Part shown: one piece after another, positions 52,534-61,761 of the stretch
How the letters are laid out: each line of letters begins with the position of its first letter
Position numbering within the stretch: position 1 is the stretch's first letter
NCBI GenBank assembly: GCA_034520945.1
Contig: JAXHNB010000006.1
Coordinates: forward strand, 576,001 to 640,000
Direction: 5' to 3'
Source of the DNA: Trueperaceae bacterium
GTDB lineage: Bacteria; Deinococcota; Deinococci; Deinococcales; Trueperaceae
Length of the DNA: 64,000 nt
Notes under the pieces: model-generated
Told to the model about the DNA's origin: nothing
Database searches by the model: none
The model's input: only the letters and a program-made list of their open reading frames with translations
Position numbers and translations under genes: made by a program

Positions 52534-54557
52534 CGCCATTCGTGCTTCTCGCGCTGGTGCTGATCCTGGCGGCGGTCCTGTTGCGCGCCTCCGTGTGGGT
52601 GCACGTCGGCATCGTGGCCTTCGCGGTGCTGGTGTCGGCCGGCCTGGCCTCGCTGGGGGGGCTCGAACGTGCCAGCCCCGCCTGGGCGGTCACCGCGCTG
52701 GCGTTGGGCCTGTTGGTGCCCGCAGGCGTGCCCCACCGCGGGCATTCGCGCGTCGCGCCGCGCCGCAAGCGCTCCGGCACCCGCGTTCCCGCCAAGTCGT
52801 CCGGCGGTGGCGGCTTCGAGGGGATCGAGGTGCCCGGGTTCGAGATCCTCGAGAAGGTGGGCTCCGGCGGCATGGCCAGCGTGTACCGCGCGCGGCGCCG
52901 CAGCGATGGGCAGGTGGTCGCCCTGAAGGTCCCCATGGAGCAGTACGTGGCGGACGCCAAGTTCATCCGCCGCTTCCACCGCGAGGCGGAACTGGCGCAG
53001 CGCCTGGACCACCCCAACATCGTGCACACCTTCGATCATGGCGCGCACGGCGTGCAGCACTACATGGCGATGGAGTTCGTCGATGGGCGCAGCCTGGAGA
53101 GCTTCATCGAGGCCGGCGAACGCGACCCGGAGCTGAGCGTGGACGTCATGAAGCCCGTGGTGGAGGCGCTGCAGAACATCCACTCCACCGGCATCATTCA
53201 CCGCGACATCAAGCCCGGCAACATCATGATCGTCAAGGGCGGCGTGCGGAGCGGACGCCCGCGCGTGGCGCCCGAGGCGGTGAAGCTGATGGACTTCGGC
53301 ATCGCCGGCGGCAAGGTGATGTCGCGTCTGACCATGACGGGGGCCCGCGTGGGCACGCCGGTGTACATGTCGCCGGAGCAGGCCCGGGGCCTCAAGATCG
53401 ATCACCGCAGCGACATTTACAGCCTGGGGCTGGTGCTGTACGAGCTGTTGACCGGCCAGACGGCGTTCAAGGGGGGGTACGAGGCGATCGTGCACCAACA
53501 GATCTTCCAGACGCCCTCGCCCCCCCGGCAGCTGGACGTGAACATTCCACGGACGCTGGACGGCCTGGTGATGCGGATGATCGCCAAGGATCCCGACGAG
53601 CGTCCCACCCTGCAGGAGATCCAGTCGGTGCTCGCTTCGGAGGAGGAATGGGAGTCCTCCGACGAGGAGTTGCCGGTGCGGCTGGTGCTGGCCGTCTCGA
53701 CCCGGAAGGGCGTACTGCGCATCCTGGATCCCGAAGGGTCGCTGTACGGCAGCATGGGCGACGTCGGGGTGGGGGAGGGGTCGTTCCCGGCGGCGCCGCT
53801 GGCGGTGGCGACCGACGAGGACGGGTTCCTGTACGCGGCCGTGTTCGAGTACCGCGTGGGCGACGACAGTGACCACCGCATGATTTTCAAGCTCACCGCC
53901 GACGGGCACGAGGTGACCCGCTTCGGCCGCTACGGCATCGAGGAGGGGCAGTTCCTGTACCCCGTCTCGTTGGCGGTCGCCCCCGGCGGCGGGGACGTGT
54001 ACGTCCTGGACGGCGAGTCGTTGCGGGTACAGCGCTTCTCGCGCGACGGCGAGCCGCGCGGCACCTTCGGAGGGCGCGGACGAGGGCAGGGCGCCTTCGA
54101 GGATCCGCGGTCCCTGACGTGCGGTCCGGACGGCAAGGTGTACGTGCTGGACTACGGAAACCGGCAGGTGCAGCGGTTCACGCCGGACGGGCGCTACGAG
54201 ACCCGCTGGGCGTTCCGGATGGGACAGGACCAGGACGGCATGCGCCTGCTGGACGGGGTGTGCGTCGGGCGGGACGGCACGCTGTTCCTGAGCGACGCGA
54301 CGGCGGGCCGCATCCGCACGGTGACGGCGTCGGGCCGCGTGGGGCAGAGTTATGCCGTGGAGCCCCTGCAGGGCGAACCGACCGAAGGTCTGATGGACTT
54401 GGGCGTCGACGACGACGGCACGCTCTTCGCCGGGCGCCGGGGCGGGCACCTGATTCGCGTGTACGACACGGACGGCCACCACGTGCGCATGATCGACACC
54501 TACGCGCCGTTGGTGCAGATGGTGCTGGACGTGCGCCGCCCCTTCCACGGGGCGTGA
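52530..54557 (+). CDS. Hanks-type Ser/Thr kinase with N-terminal TM helices and a C-terminal NHL beta-propeller
   Basis: GSGGMASVY, VALK, HRDIKPGN, DFG, GTPVYMSPE. NHL repeats such as GQFLYPVSLAV and GAFEDPRSL..GPDGKVYVLDYGNRQVQRF. Confidence 0.93.
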   Translation: MTPFVLLALVLILAAVLLRASVWVHVGIVAFAVLVSAGLASLGGLERASPAWAVTALALGLLVPAGVPHRGHSRVAPRRKRSGTRVPAKSSGGGGFEGIEVPGFEILEKVGSGGMASVYRARRRSDGQVVALKVPMEQYVADAKFIRRFHREAELAQRLDHPNIVHTFDHGAHGVQHYMAMEFVDGRSLESFIEAGERDPELSVDVMKPVVEALQNIHSTGIIHRDIKPGNIMIVKGGVRSGRPRVAPEAVKLMDFGIAGGKVMSRLTMTGARVGTPVYMSPEQARGLKIDHRSDIYSLGLVLYELLTGQTAFKGGYEAIVHQQIFQTPSPPRQLDVNIPRTLDGLVMRMIAKDPDERPTLQEIQSVLASEEEWESSDEELPVRLVLAVSTRKGVLRILDPEGSLYGSMGDVGVGEGSFPAAPLAVATDEDGFLYAAVFEYRVGDDSDHRMIFKLTADGHEVTRFGRYGIEEGQFLYPVSLAVAPGGGDVYVLDGESLRVQRFSRDGEPRGTFGGRGRGQGAFEDPRSLTCGPDGKVYVLDYGNRQVQRFTPDGRYETRWAFRMGQDQDGMRLLDGVCVGRDGTLFLSDATAGRIRTVTASGRVGQSYAVEPLQGEPTEGLMDLGVDDDGTLFAGRRGGHLIRVYDTDGHHVRMIDTYAPLVQMVLDVRRPFHGA

Positions 54558-54588
54558 ACCCGGCCGACGGGCCGAACCGGGGACAGGA

Positions 54589-55218
54589 TCAGAGGCCGGG
54601 GATCAGCCCGATGATGGCTTGGAACAGGTTGAGGAAGATGCCCTGCAACGCCCCGATCACGCCGGTGTAGCTCAGCACCAGGAACACCACCAGGAACCCC
54701 AGGATCCCGAAGCCACGAATCTGCTCCATGAACCGCCGCACCGAGGGGTTGCCCCACGCCAGGGCCGCCATCGCGCCGTCCAGCGGGAAGACGGGGAACA
54801 GGTTGATGACGGCGTGCAGCACCGCGAACGCGGCGGCGATCAGGAACGACCGGTACAGGTCGGGCGAGCCGGTGGAGAGAAACACCGATCCGATCAGCAC
54901 GCACACGAAGCCCACCATGAGGTAGGCGAGTGGCCCCGCGTACCACGCGAACGCCTCGCGGGAGCGGGGGCGGTAGTTGCGCGACTGGATGGGCACCATG
55001 CGCGGCCAGCCGAAGCCCAGCAGGAACAGCAGCGCCACGCCGATCGGCTCGAGCTGCTGCTGCGGTTCGAACGCGCCGTAGCCGCCCAGCCGCGGGGCGT
55101 TGTCCCCCAGGCGGGCGGCGACCCAAGTCTGGAACACGTTGTGGAACATCAGGGCGAACAACATCACGATCGCCGCGATCACCAGGGTGGTGGGGTCGTT
55201 GAGGTAGCGAAGGATCAC
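54589..55218 (-). CDS. Site-2 protease (M50)-like membrane protein lacking HExxH
   Basis: ARLGDNAPRLGG, FGW, AGP and NLFPVFPLDG are retained. The HExxH position reads HNVFQ. Confidence 0.85.
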   Translation of the reverse strand: MILRYLNDPTTLVIAAIVMLFALMFHNVFQTWVAARLGDNAPRLGGYGAFEPQQQLEPIGVALLFLLGFGWPRMVPIQSRNYRPRSREAFAWYAGPLAYLMVGFVCVLIGSVFLSTGSPDLYRSFLIAAAFAVLHAVINLFPVFPLDGAMAALAWGNPSVRRFMEQIRGFGILGFLVVFLVLSYTGVIGALQGIFLNLFQAIIGLIPGL

Positions 55219-57746
55219 GTCGGGTCGGTCCGCCTCTCGTTCGGGCCCTCCGCACGGAGGCGTCGGACCAGCGTTCGTGCCAGCTCGAGCTCCTGCTCGA
55301 AGCCGTTCACCTCGTCGTCGAGTCGCGCTTCCGCCACCTCGTCCAAAACGCGCCCCACGTCGGGGCCGGGCGGAAGACCCAACTCTATCACGTCCTGGCC
55401 GCGCAATCTGCGCTCGCCCAGGCGCGCTTCGAAGGCGCGGACGCGGGCGCGGAACGGCGCGCCGTGCACCTCCAGCAGGGCGCGGCCGGCACGGCCCAAC
55501 GAGCGCAGCACGGTCTCCGTGGCGCGCTCGCCCGCCAACAGGCGGTCCAGCTGCGTCAGCGCCTCCGCGCGGCGCGCCGGCCAATGGAACCGTTCCAGCA
55601 CCCGCTGCCGCGCGGCGGGCGACAACGGGTGCAGCATGGCCAGTACGTAGGCGGCGCCCGGCACGTCGCGGCCCTCGTCGTGAAGCGCGTCCAGCGCCTC
55701 CAACTCCGCGCGGGGGTGCGTCAGGCCGTACAGGCCCTCCAGGGCGCCCAACCGGTCCAGCTGCGCCAGCGCGCGGGACGGCATGGGGTCGCGCACCGTG
55801 CGCTCCAACTCGTTGCGGAGCCGTTCGGCACCGACGGCGACGCCGGCGTCCAGGGCCCGGCGCGCCTGCGCTTCGGTCTCGGCCTCGAAGGCGAAGCCCA
55901 AGCGGCCGGCCAGCCGCGCGCCCCGCACGATGCGGGTGGGGTCCTCCGTGAACGACAACGGGTGGAGGGTGCGCAGCACGCCACGTGCCAGGTCGCGCCG
56001 CCCGCCGAACGGGTCCAGCAGCCGGTGCGGGGCCGGGGCCAGCCGCAGCGCCATGGCGTTGATCGTGAAGTCGCGCCGCGCCAGGTCGCGCCGCACGTCG
56101 CTGTGCTCAACCTCCGGAAGCGCGCCGGGTTCGGGGTAGCGTTCCTCCCGCGCGGCCGCCAGGTCCACCGTCAACCCGCCAGGCAGGCGCACGTCGGCCG
56201 TCCCGAACGACGGGTGCGTCGTCCAGCCACCGCCGAGTTCGGCCACCAGCGCCTGCGCCATCATGGCGGCCTCCGCTTCCTCCAGCACCACGTCCAGATC
56301 GGTCAGCGGCCGCCGCAGGACGGCGTCGCGCACGGAGCCGCCCACCAGGTACGCCGCCCCGCCCGCCGGAAGGGCCGAGCGCAGCACCTGCAGCGCGCGC
56401 TCGGCCTGATGGGGGAGCCGTCTCAACAGCGCCTCGGCGGGATCGACGTGGTCCCGCTCGGGCGGGTGCCGTGCGGCCAACAGGTCGCTCCGCGTCACGA
56501 TGCCGATCAACCGGCCGTCCTGCACGACGGGGAGGCGACCGACGCCACGCTCGGACACCAGGCCCTCCAAGCGTTCCAGCGTCGCGTCGGGTGGGGCCGT
56601 CACGGCGGGCGTCCCCATGAAGCCGCGGACCTGCGACCGCCCCAGCCCGTGATCGAGGGCGCGCTGGACGTCCCGGCGCGACACCACCCCGACGACCGCG
56701 TCGCCGTCCAGGACAGGCATCCCGTTGTGCCCGAAGCGAAGCAACGCCCGCCCCGCCTCGTGCACGTTCGCGTCGACCGACAACGTGCGCACCGGGCGGC
56801 TCATCAGGTCACGCGCGCGCAGGGGCGGGCGGGCGTGCGTCTCGAAGGCGTGAAGCGCGGCCCGGACCGCGTCGTCGACGTCGTCGCGGGTACGAGCGAA
56901 CGCCGCGCCGGGATGCCCGCCCCCACCGGCGGCGTCGGCCAGCGCCGCCGCCACGTCGATCGCGCCGCCTGCCGAGCGGGCGAACAGCAACGTGCGGTCC
57001 TCCATCCGCACCGCCAGCAGCGCGGCGTCGGCCCGGTGCAGCCCCAGCAGGTCCTGCGCCATCTCCGAGACCCCCTCCAGGTACGCCGGCCAGGTGAACG
57101 CGGCCACCGCCACGGGCCGCCCCGCCACTCGTTCCAGGCGGGCCTCGTCCAGCATGCGGGCGTGGAACGCCCGGTGGGCGTCGTCGGCGAGGACGCCGCC
57201 GGTGAAGCGGCGGATCAGTTCCGGCGTGCCGCCCCGTCGCATCAGCCAGGCGGCGGCGTCGTGATCCTCGGCGGTGGTCAGGGCGTAGGCGAACCCGCCG
57301 GTGTCCTCGTGCAGGCCCAACAGCGCCAGGCTGGCCAGGTCCGCCGGCAGGGGGTCTTCGCGGCGCCGCAACTCCCGGACCAGCAGCGTCACGGTCGCGC
57401 CGACGGCGTCGATCAGGCCCCGACCGGCCGGGAGGGCGGTGTCGTCGGGCGGGTCGGGATGGTGGTCGTACACCCACAGGCGGGCGTTCGCCGTCCGCTC
57501 GGCCAGGGGACCTAGGCGCGCCTCGTCGGCCGTGTCCACGACGACCATCTCCTGAATCTTGCCGCGAAGCGCCTGCGCGACGCTGAGGGGGTCCAGCCGG
57601 TCGCGGTACAGGTTCACGCAGGCGCCGACCTCCGGCCGCAGGTTGGCCGGCAGCACGATGCGCGCCGTGGGGTGCAGCCGGCGCGCCAACGCCAGGCTGG
57701 CGATGGCGTCGAAGTCCGGCTGTTCGTGGGTGACGATCACGACCAC
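55215..57746 (-). CDS. DHH-DHHA1-CBS-fused tRNA nucleotidyltransferase (CCA/A-adding type)
   Basis: THEQPDFDA, DHH, GGGGH, two CBS domains, GGSVRD..DLD, RRDFTINAMA, EDPTR. Confidence 0.92.
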   Translation of the reverse strand: MVVIVTHEQPDFDAIASLALARRLHPTARIVLPANLRPEVGACVNLYRDRLDPLSVAQALRGKIQEMVVVDTADEARLGPLAERTANARLWVYDHHPDPPDDTALPAGRGLIDAVGATVTLLVRELRRREDPLPADLASLALLGLHEDTGGFAYALTTAEDHDAAAWLMRRGGTPELIRRFTGGVLADDAHRAFHARMLDEARLERVAGRPVAVAAFTWPAYLEGVSEMAQDLLGLHRADAALLAVRMEDRTLLFARSAGGAIDVAAALADAAGGGGHPGAAFARTRDDVDDAVRAALHAFETHARPPLRARDLMSRPVRTLSVDANVHEAGRALLRFGHNGMPVLDGDAVVGVVSRRDVQRALDHGLGRSQVRGFMGTPAVTAPPDATLERLEGLVSERGVGRLPVVQDGRLIGIVTRSDLLAARHPPERDHVDPAEALLRRLPHQAERALQVLRSALPAGGAAYLVGGSVRDAVLRRPLTDLDVVLEEAEAAMMAQALVAELGGGWTTHPSFGTADVRLPGGLTVDLAAAREERYPEPGALPEVEHSDVRRDLARRDFTINAMALRLAPAPHRLLDPFGGRRDLARGVLRTLHPLSFTEDPTRIVRGARLAGRLGFAFEAETEAQARRALDAGVAVGAERLRNELERTVRDPMPSRALAQLDRLGALEGLYGLTHPRAELEALDALHDEGRDVPGAAYVLAMLHPLSPAARQRVLERFHWPARRAEALTQLDRLLAGERATETVLRSLGRAGRALLEVHGAPFRARVRAFEARLGERRLRGQDVIELGLPPGPDVGRVLDEVAEARLDDEVNGFEQELELARTLVRRLRAEGPNERRTDPT

Positions 57747-57807
57747 GGCCGCAGCCTATCGCGCAGCCGTGGGTCTCGGCCGCGCGCGGGTCCGGGCGTG
57801 CACGGGG

Positions 57808-58860
57808 TCAGGGCTGCTCGAGCGGGTGCTCCTCCGCCAGCCGCGACGCGAACGCCACCAGCAGCTGCACCACGCGCTCCACGTCCCGTACGTCGACCAT
57901 CTCGTTGGGGGAGTGCATGTAGCGGTTGGGGATCGACACCACCGCGGTGGGCACGCCCGCGCGTACCTTGGAGAGGTCGTCGGCGTCGGTGCCGGTCCGG
58001 CTCGGCGCCGCCGACACGGTGTAGGCGATGCCCTCCTGCTCCGCCGTGCGGCGCAACGCCTCCAGCACGCCGCGATGCACGTAGCTCCCGACGGACAGCT
58101 CGGGGCCGGACCCCAGCGCGTGGTCGCCCTCCTTGCGTTTGGAGGCGCCCGGCACGTCGGTGGCGTGCGTGACGTCGATCGCGATGGCCACGTCGGGCTC
58201 CCACGACCAGGCCGCCGACGCCGCGCCCAGGCCGCTGATCTCTTCTTGCACCGTGCCCGCCGCGATCGTCTCGCAGGGGCCGTCCTCCAGCCGCCGTGCG
58301 GCCTCGAGCGCGACGTAGGCGCCGATGCGGTCGTCGATCGCCTTGCTGACGATGCGGTCGTTGCGGAGCGTCACCAGCGGCTGCTCGATCACCGCGAAGT
58401 CGCCCGGCCCGGCGACGGCCAACGCCTCCTCCGCGTTGCGCGCGCCGAGGTCGATGTAGAGGTCCTCGATCTTGACCTGCTTGCGGCGGTCCTCGGCGCT
58501 CATCAGGTGCACCGGCTTGCGGCCGATCACGCCGATCGACTCCGCCCCGCGGCCGACGACGCGAACGCGCTGCCCGACCAGCTGCACGGCGTCCCAGCCG
58601 CCGACCGGCTTGAACCACACGAAGCCGTCCTCGTCGACGTGGGTGAGGATCAGCCCGATCTCGTCCAGGTGGCCGGCCAGCAGCAGACGGGGGGCGCGGC
58701 CCTTGCCGGCCACCGCGAACACGTTGCCGTACGCGTCCCGCTGGGTTTCCAGGCCGGCGCGTTCGGCGTGCTCGCGCCAGGTCGCGGCGGGGCGAGATTC
58801 GAAGCTGCTGGTGCCGGGGGCGGCCAGCAGCGCCTTCAGGAACGTCATGTCGAGAGCCAT
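57808..58860 (-). CDS. M42 family metallo-aminopeptidase (second paralogue)
   Basis: GHLDEIG, KAIDDRIG, QEEI, TGTDAD, RYMHSPNE. Confidence 0.94.
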   Translation of the reverse strand: MALDMTFLKALLAAPGTSSFESRPAATWREHAERAGLETQRDAYGNVFAVAGKGRAPRLLLAGHLDEIGLILTHVDEDGFVWFKPVGGWDAVQLVGQRVRVVGRGAESIGVIGRKPVHLMSAEDRRKQVKIEDLYIDLGARNAEEALAVAGPGDFAVIEQPLVTLRNDRIVSKAIDDRIGAYVALEAARRLEDGPCETIAAGTVQEEISGLGAASAAWSWEPDVAIAIDVTHATDVPGASKRKEGDHALGSGPELSVGSYVHRGVLEALRRTAEQEGIAYTVSAAPSRTGTDADDLSKVRAGVPTAVVSIPNRYMHSPNEMVDVRDVERVVQLLVAFASRLAEEHPLEQP

Positions 58861-58900
58861 GGTCCGAAGCCTACCCGTCGCCCGGCCTGGGCAGGGTCCC

Positions 58901-59326
58901 TCAGCGTCCCGGCGTGGCCGGCTGCAGGCCGTCGTCGGTCGCGACCCGTGGGAGGAGCTGGAGGCGCAACGGCCCCTCGTCGAGGCCGAGCTTGCGGGCG
59001 GGCTCGTTGAGGTGCCGCACGATGCCGTGCGCCAGCAGGTCGTCGGCGTCGCCGATGCGGGCGCTGTCGTGCGCCACCGCCACCGCGGGGATGTGCACGT
59101 CGGCCAGCCGTTCCAGCCCGGCGACGCCGGCGCGGTCCTTGCCGACGCCGGCGTCGTGCAACACGATCAGGGCCGGCGCGTGCCGCAACATCGCGCGGGC
59201 GGTGCCGAGCGTGGCGGGCGCGCCGCACACCACGACCTTGCCGGCGTGGTGTGCGCTCAAGGCCGCGGGGTCGTCCAGCAGGACGACCCGTCCCGCCCCC
59301 AGCGGCTCGTGGCGGGCGCGGCTCAC
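58901..59326 (-). CDS. Conserved-looking hypothetical protein
   Basis: GTGA-coupled to the upstream gene. Contains the motif HDAGVGKDRAGVAGL...SARIGD. Function not recognised. Confidence 0.65.
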   Translation of the reverse strand: MSRARHEPLGAGRVVLLDDPAALSAHHAGKVVVCGAPATLGTARAMLRHAPALIVLHDAGVGKDRAGVAGLERLADVHIPAVAVAHDSARIGDADDLLAHGIVRHLNEPARKLGLDEGPLRLQLLPRVATDDGLQPATPGR

Positions 59327-59817
59327 TGGGCCGACCGACGCATCAGCATCCAAGCGCCGGCGCCGATCAGCAGCAGCGGCACGACCCAGCCGCCGACGCC
59401 CTGCAACACGTCGTCGAACACGAACAGTTCGAAGAACGCACCGAAGGCGGCGAACAGCGTTAGTCCCGTGCCGGCCAGGCGGAGGCCCTCGCGCTGCCCG
59501 TCGGCTCGGTTTTCGATGCTGGCCTGCAGAAAGGTGCCCACCCCCACCGAGGCGAGCACCAGGCCCCAGGCGTAGCTCCAGGTGTCGAAGGTGCCGGTCG
59601 CGTCCTGCAACGCCAGGATCGCGCCCACGGTGGCAGTGATTGCGCCGGGCACCGCCAACCTCGCGTTGCGCCGCGGTCCGATCAGGGCGGCCGTGACCAG
59701 TGCGAGCCCCACCACGATCACGATCAGCGGCCACGCGAACCCGTCCCAGATGCGGACGAGCAAGAACAACGCACCGATCAGCACCAGCAGCACCCCGGCG
59801 CGACGTCGGGTGTCCAT
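59323..59817 (-). CDS. Small multi-pass membrane protein (LiaF/LiaI-like N terminus)
   Basis: GVLLVLIGALFLL...WPLIVIVVGLAL, about 6 hydrophobic segments. GGAGG SD. Confidence 0.75.
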   Translation of the reverse strand: MDTRRRAGVLLVLIGALFLLVRIWDGFAWPLIVIVVGLALVTAALIGPRRNARLAVPGAITATVGAILALQDATGTFDTWSYAWGLVLASVGVGTFLQASIENRADGQREGLRLAGTGLTLFAAFGAFFELFVFDDVLQGVGGWVVPLLLIGAGAWMLMRRSAQ

Positions 59818-59892
59818 GGTCACCTCCGCCCCGAGTCTAGCGTCCCTCGCGCGGCGCGGTCAGCCGCGCGAGGGACGCCGTCGACGGCGCGA

Positions 59893-60879
59893 TCACTCCG
59901 GCGCGCTGGCCGTCGTGCGGCGGCGCAGGTGCGTCATCGCCGCTTCGGCGTGCACCAGGCCGTTCTCGATGAACACGTCGCTGGTACGCCGGCCGAACCC
60001 GGCGGAGCCGATGCAGAACAGGCCGGGGACGGTGGTTTCGAAGTTGTCGTCCAGCTCCGCCGCCAGCGTCGCCTCGTCCACCTCGGCGCCGACCTGGTGC
60101 AGCAGGGTGGGCGGCGCGTGGTACCCGGTCAGGAGGAACACTCGCTCGGCCGGAATGGCCAGCTCTTGCGGCCCCTTCACCGCCCGTACGACCTCGGGTC
60201 GGATCTCACGCACCTCGGCGCCGAAATGGACGTGGATGGAGCCTTCCTTGACGCGGTTCTCGAGGTTGGGACGGATCCAGTACTTGAGGCTGTGCCGGAA
60301 ATCATCGCCGCGGTGCACCATGGTGACCCGCGCCCCGCCACGGAACAGGTCCAACGCGGCGTCGGCGGCGCTGCTGCCCGCGCCGACGATCACCACGTCG
60401 CGGCCGTAGTGGGGGTGCGCCTCGTCGTAGTAGTGGCTCACGTGCGGAAGGTCCTCGCCCGGCACGCCGAGGCGGTTCGGGTGGTCGAAGTAGCCCGTCG
60501 CCAGGATCACGAAGCGCGCCTGCAGCGTACGCTCCGAGCCGTCGCGCCCGCGCGTCGCCACGGCGAACCCTTCGCCGTCGCGCGACAGCTGCGTGACCTC
60601 GGTGAAGGTCTCGACCTCCAGCGCTTCGGCGTGCACGACCTTGCGGTAGTAATCCAGCGCCTCCTTGCGGGTCGGTTTGTCGGTGGCGGTCACCAGCGGG
60701 TGTCCGCCGATCTCCAGCCGCTCGCTGGTGGTGAAGAAGGTCATGTACGTCGGGTAGCGGTAGACCGCGTTGACCACCGGTCCCTTGTCCAGGACCCGGT
60801 AGCGCATGCCGGCCCGCTTGGCTCGAATGGCGGCCTCGAGCCCGACCGGTCCCGCGCCGACGATGATCAGATCCAACAT
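59893..60879 (-). CDS. ypdA: YpdA family putative bacillithiol disulfide reductase
   Basis: GAGPVG, YPTYMTFFTT, KPTRKEALDYY, VSHYYDEAHP, KYWIRP, FIENG. Confidence 0.9.
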   Translation of the reverse strand: MLDLIIVGAGPVGLEAAIRAKRAGMRYRVLDKGPVVNAVYRYPTYMTFFTTSERLEIGGHPLVTATDKPTRKEALDYYRKVVHAEALEVETFTEVTQLSRDGEGFAVATRGRDGSERTLQARFVILATGYFDHPNRLGVPGEDLPHVSHYYDEAHPHYGRDVVIVGAGSSAADAALDLFRGGARVTMVHRGDDFRHSLKYWIRPNLENRVKEGSIHVHFGAEVREIRPEVVRAVKGPQELAIPAERVFLLTGYHAPPTLLHQVGAEVDEATLAAELDDNFETTVPGLFCIGSAGFGRRTSDVFIENGLVHAEAAMTHLRRRTTASAPE

Positions 60880-60943
60880 GCCGCAGAGCCTACCAAGCGG
60901 TCCCCGTGTCGGCCGCGCCGCGCCCGACAGGGATCGTTCCGGC

Positions 60944-61591
60944 TCACACCCGCGCGCTGGGGCAATCGGGGACCAGAGGGCAGGCCTCGCACTTGGGCGA
61001 ACGGGCGGTGCAGACGCGCCGGCCGTGCAGGATCAGGGCGTGATGCGCAAAGATCCAGCGGTCGCGGGGCAGGACCGCCTCCAGGTCCTTCTCGACCTTG
61101 CTGGGGTCCTCGTGGCGGGTGAGCCGCAACCGGCGCGCCAGGCGGCCGACGTGCGTGTCGACCGCGATGCCGGGACGGCCGAAGGCGTTGGCGGCGACCA
61201 CGTTGGCGGTCTTGCGCCCCACGCCGGGCAGCGCAAGCAGGGCGCCGAAGTCCTCGGGGACCTGGCCGCCGTGCCGCTCGACCAGCACCCGCGCGGCGCC
61301 GACCAGGTTCTTGGCCTTGTTGCGGAACAGGCCGATGCGGCGCAGGTACGGCTCGAGATCTGCCGGGTCCGCCGTCGCCATGGCGGCCGCGTCGGGATAC
61401 GCCTCGAACAGGGCGGGCGTCGCGGCGTTCACGCTGACGTCGGTGGCTTGCGCGGAGAGGATGGTCGCCACCAACGACTGGAACGGGTCGCGGAAGTCCA
61501 ACTCGCTGGCGGCGTCGGGGTAGGCCTGCCCCAGGCGGCCGAGAATGCGGGACGCCCGTTCGGTACGGGCCTTGCGGCTCTCGCGCGGCAT
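60944..61591 (-). CDS. nth: Endonuclease III
   Basis: LVATILSAQATD, HhH motif LPGVGRKTANVV, VDTHV, FeS motif CTARSPKCEACPLVPDC. Confidence 0.96.
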   Translation of the reverse strand: MPRESRKARTERASRILGRLGQAYPDAASELDFRDPFQSLVATILSAQATDVSVNAATPALFEAYPDAAAMATADPADLEPYLRRIGLFRNKAKNLVGAARVLVERHGGQVPEDFGALLALPGVGRKTANVVAANAFGRPGIAVDTHVGRLARRLRLTRHEDPSKVEKDLEAVLPRDRWIFAHHALILHGRRVCTARSPKCEACPLVPDCPSARV

Positions 61592-61761
61592 GGAGCGAAG
61601 GCTACCACCCGACCTGCGGCCCCGTTGGTGGCGACGTGAGCGACCTCGCGGCAGGCGGGACGCCCGAGCGGCTACACTCGGAGCGAACACCCCGCGCGCA
61701 TCGCGCTCGCAGCGGTCTCGCACCGTGCTCGGCAAGCGGCGCGAACGCAGGAGGAGGCAGG

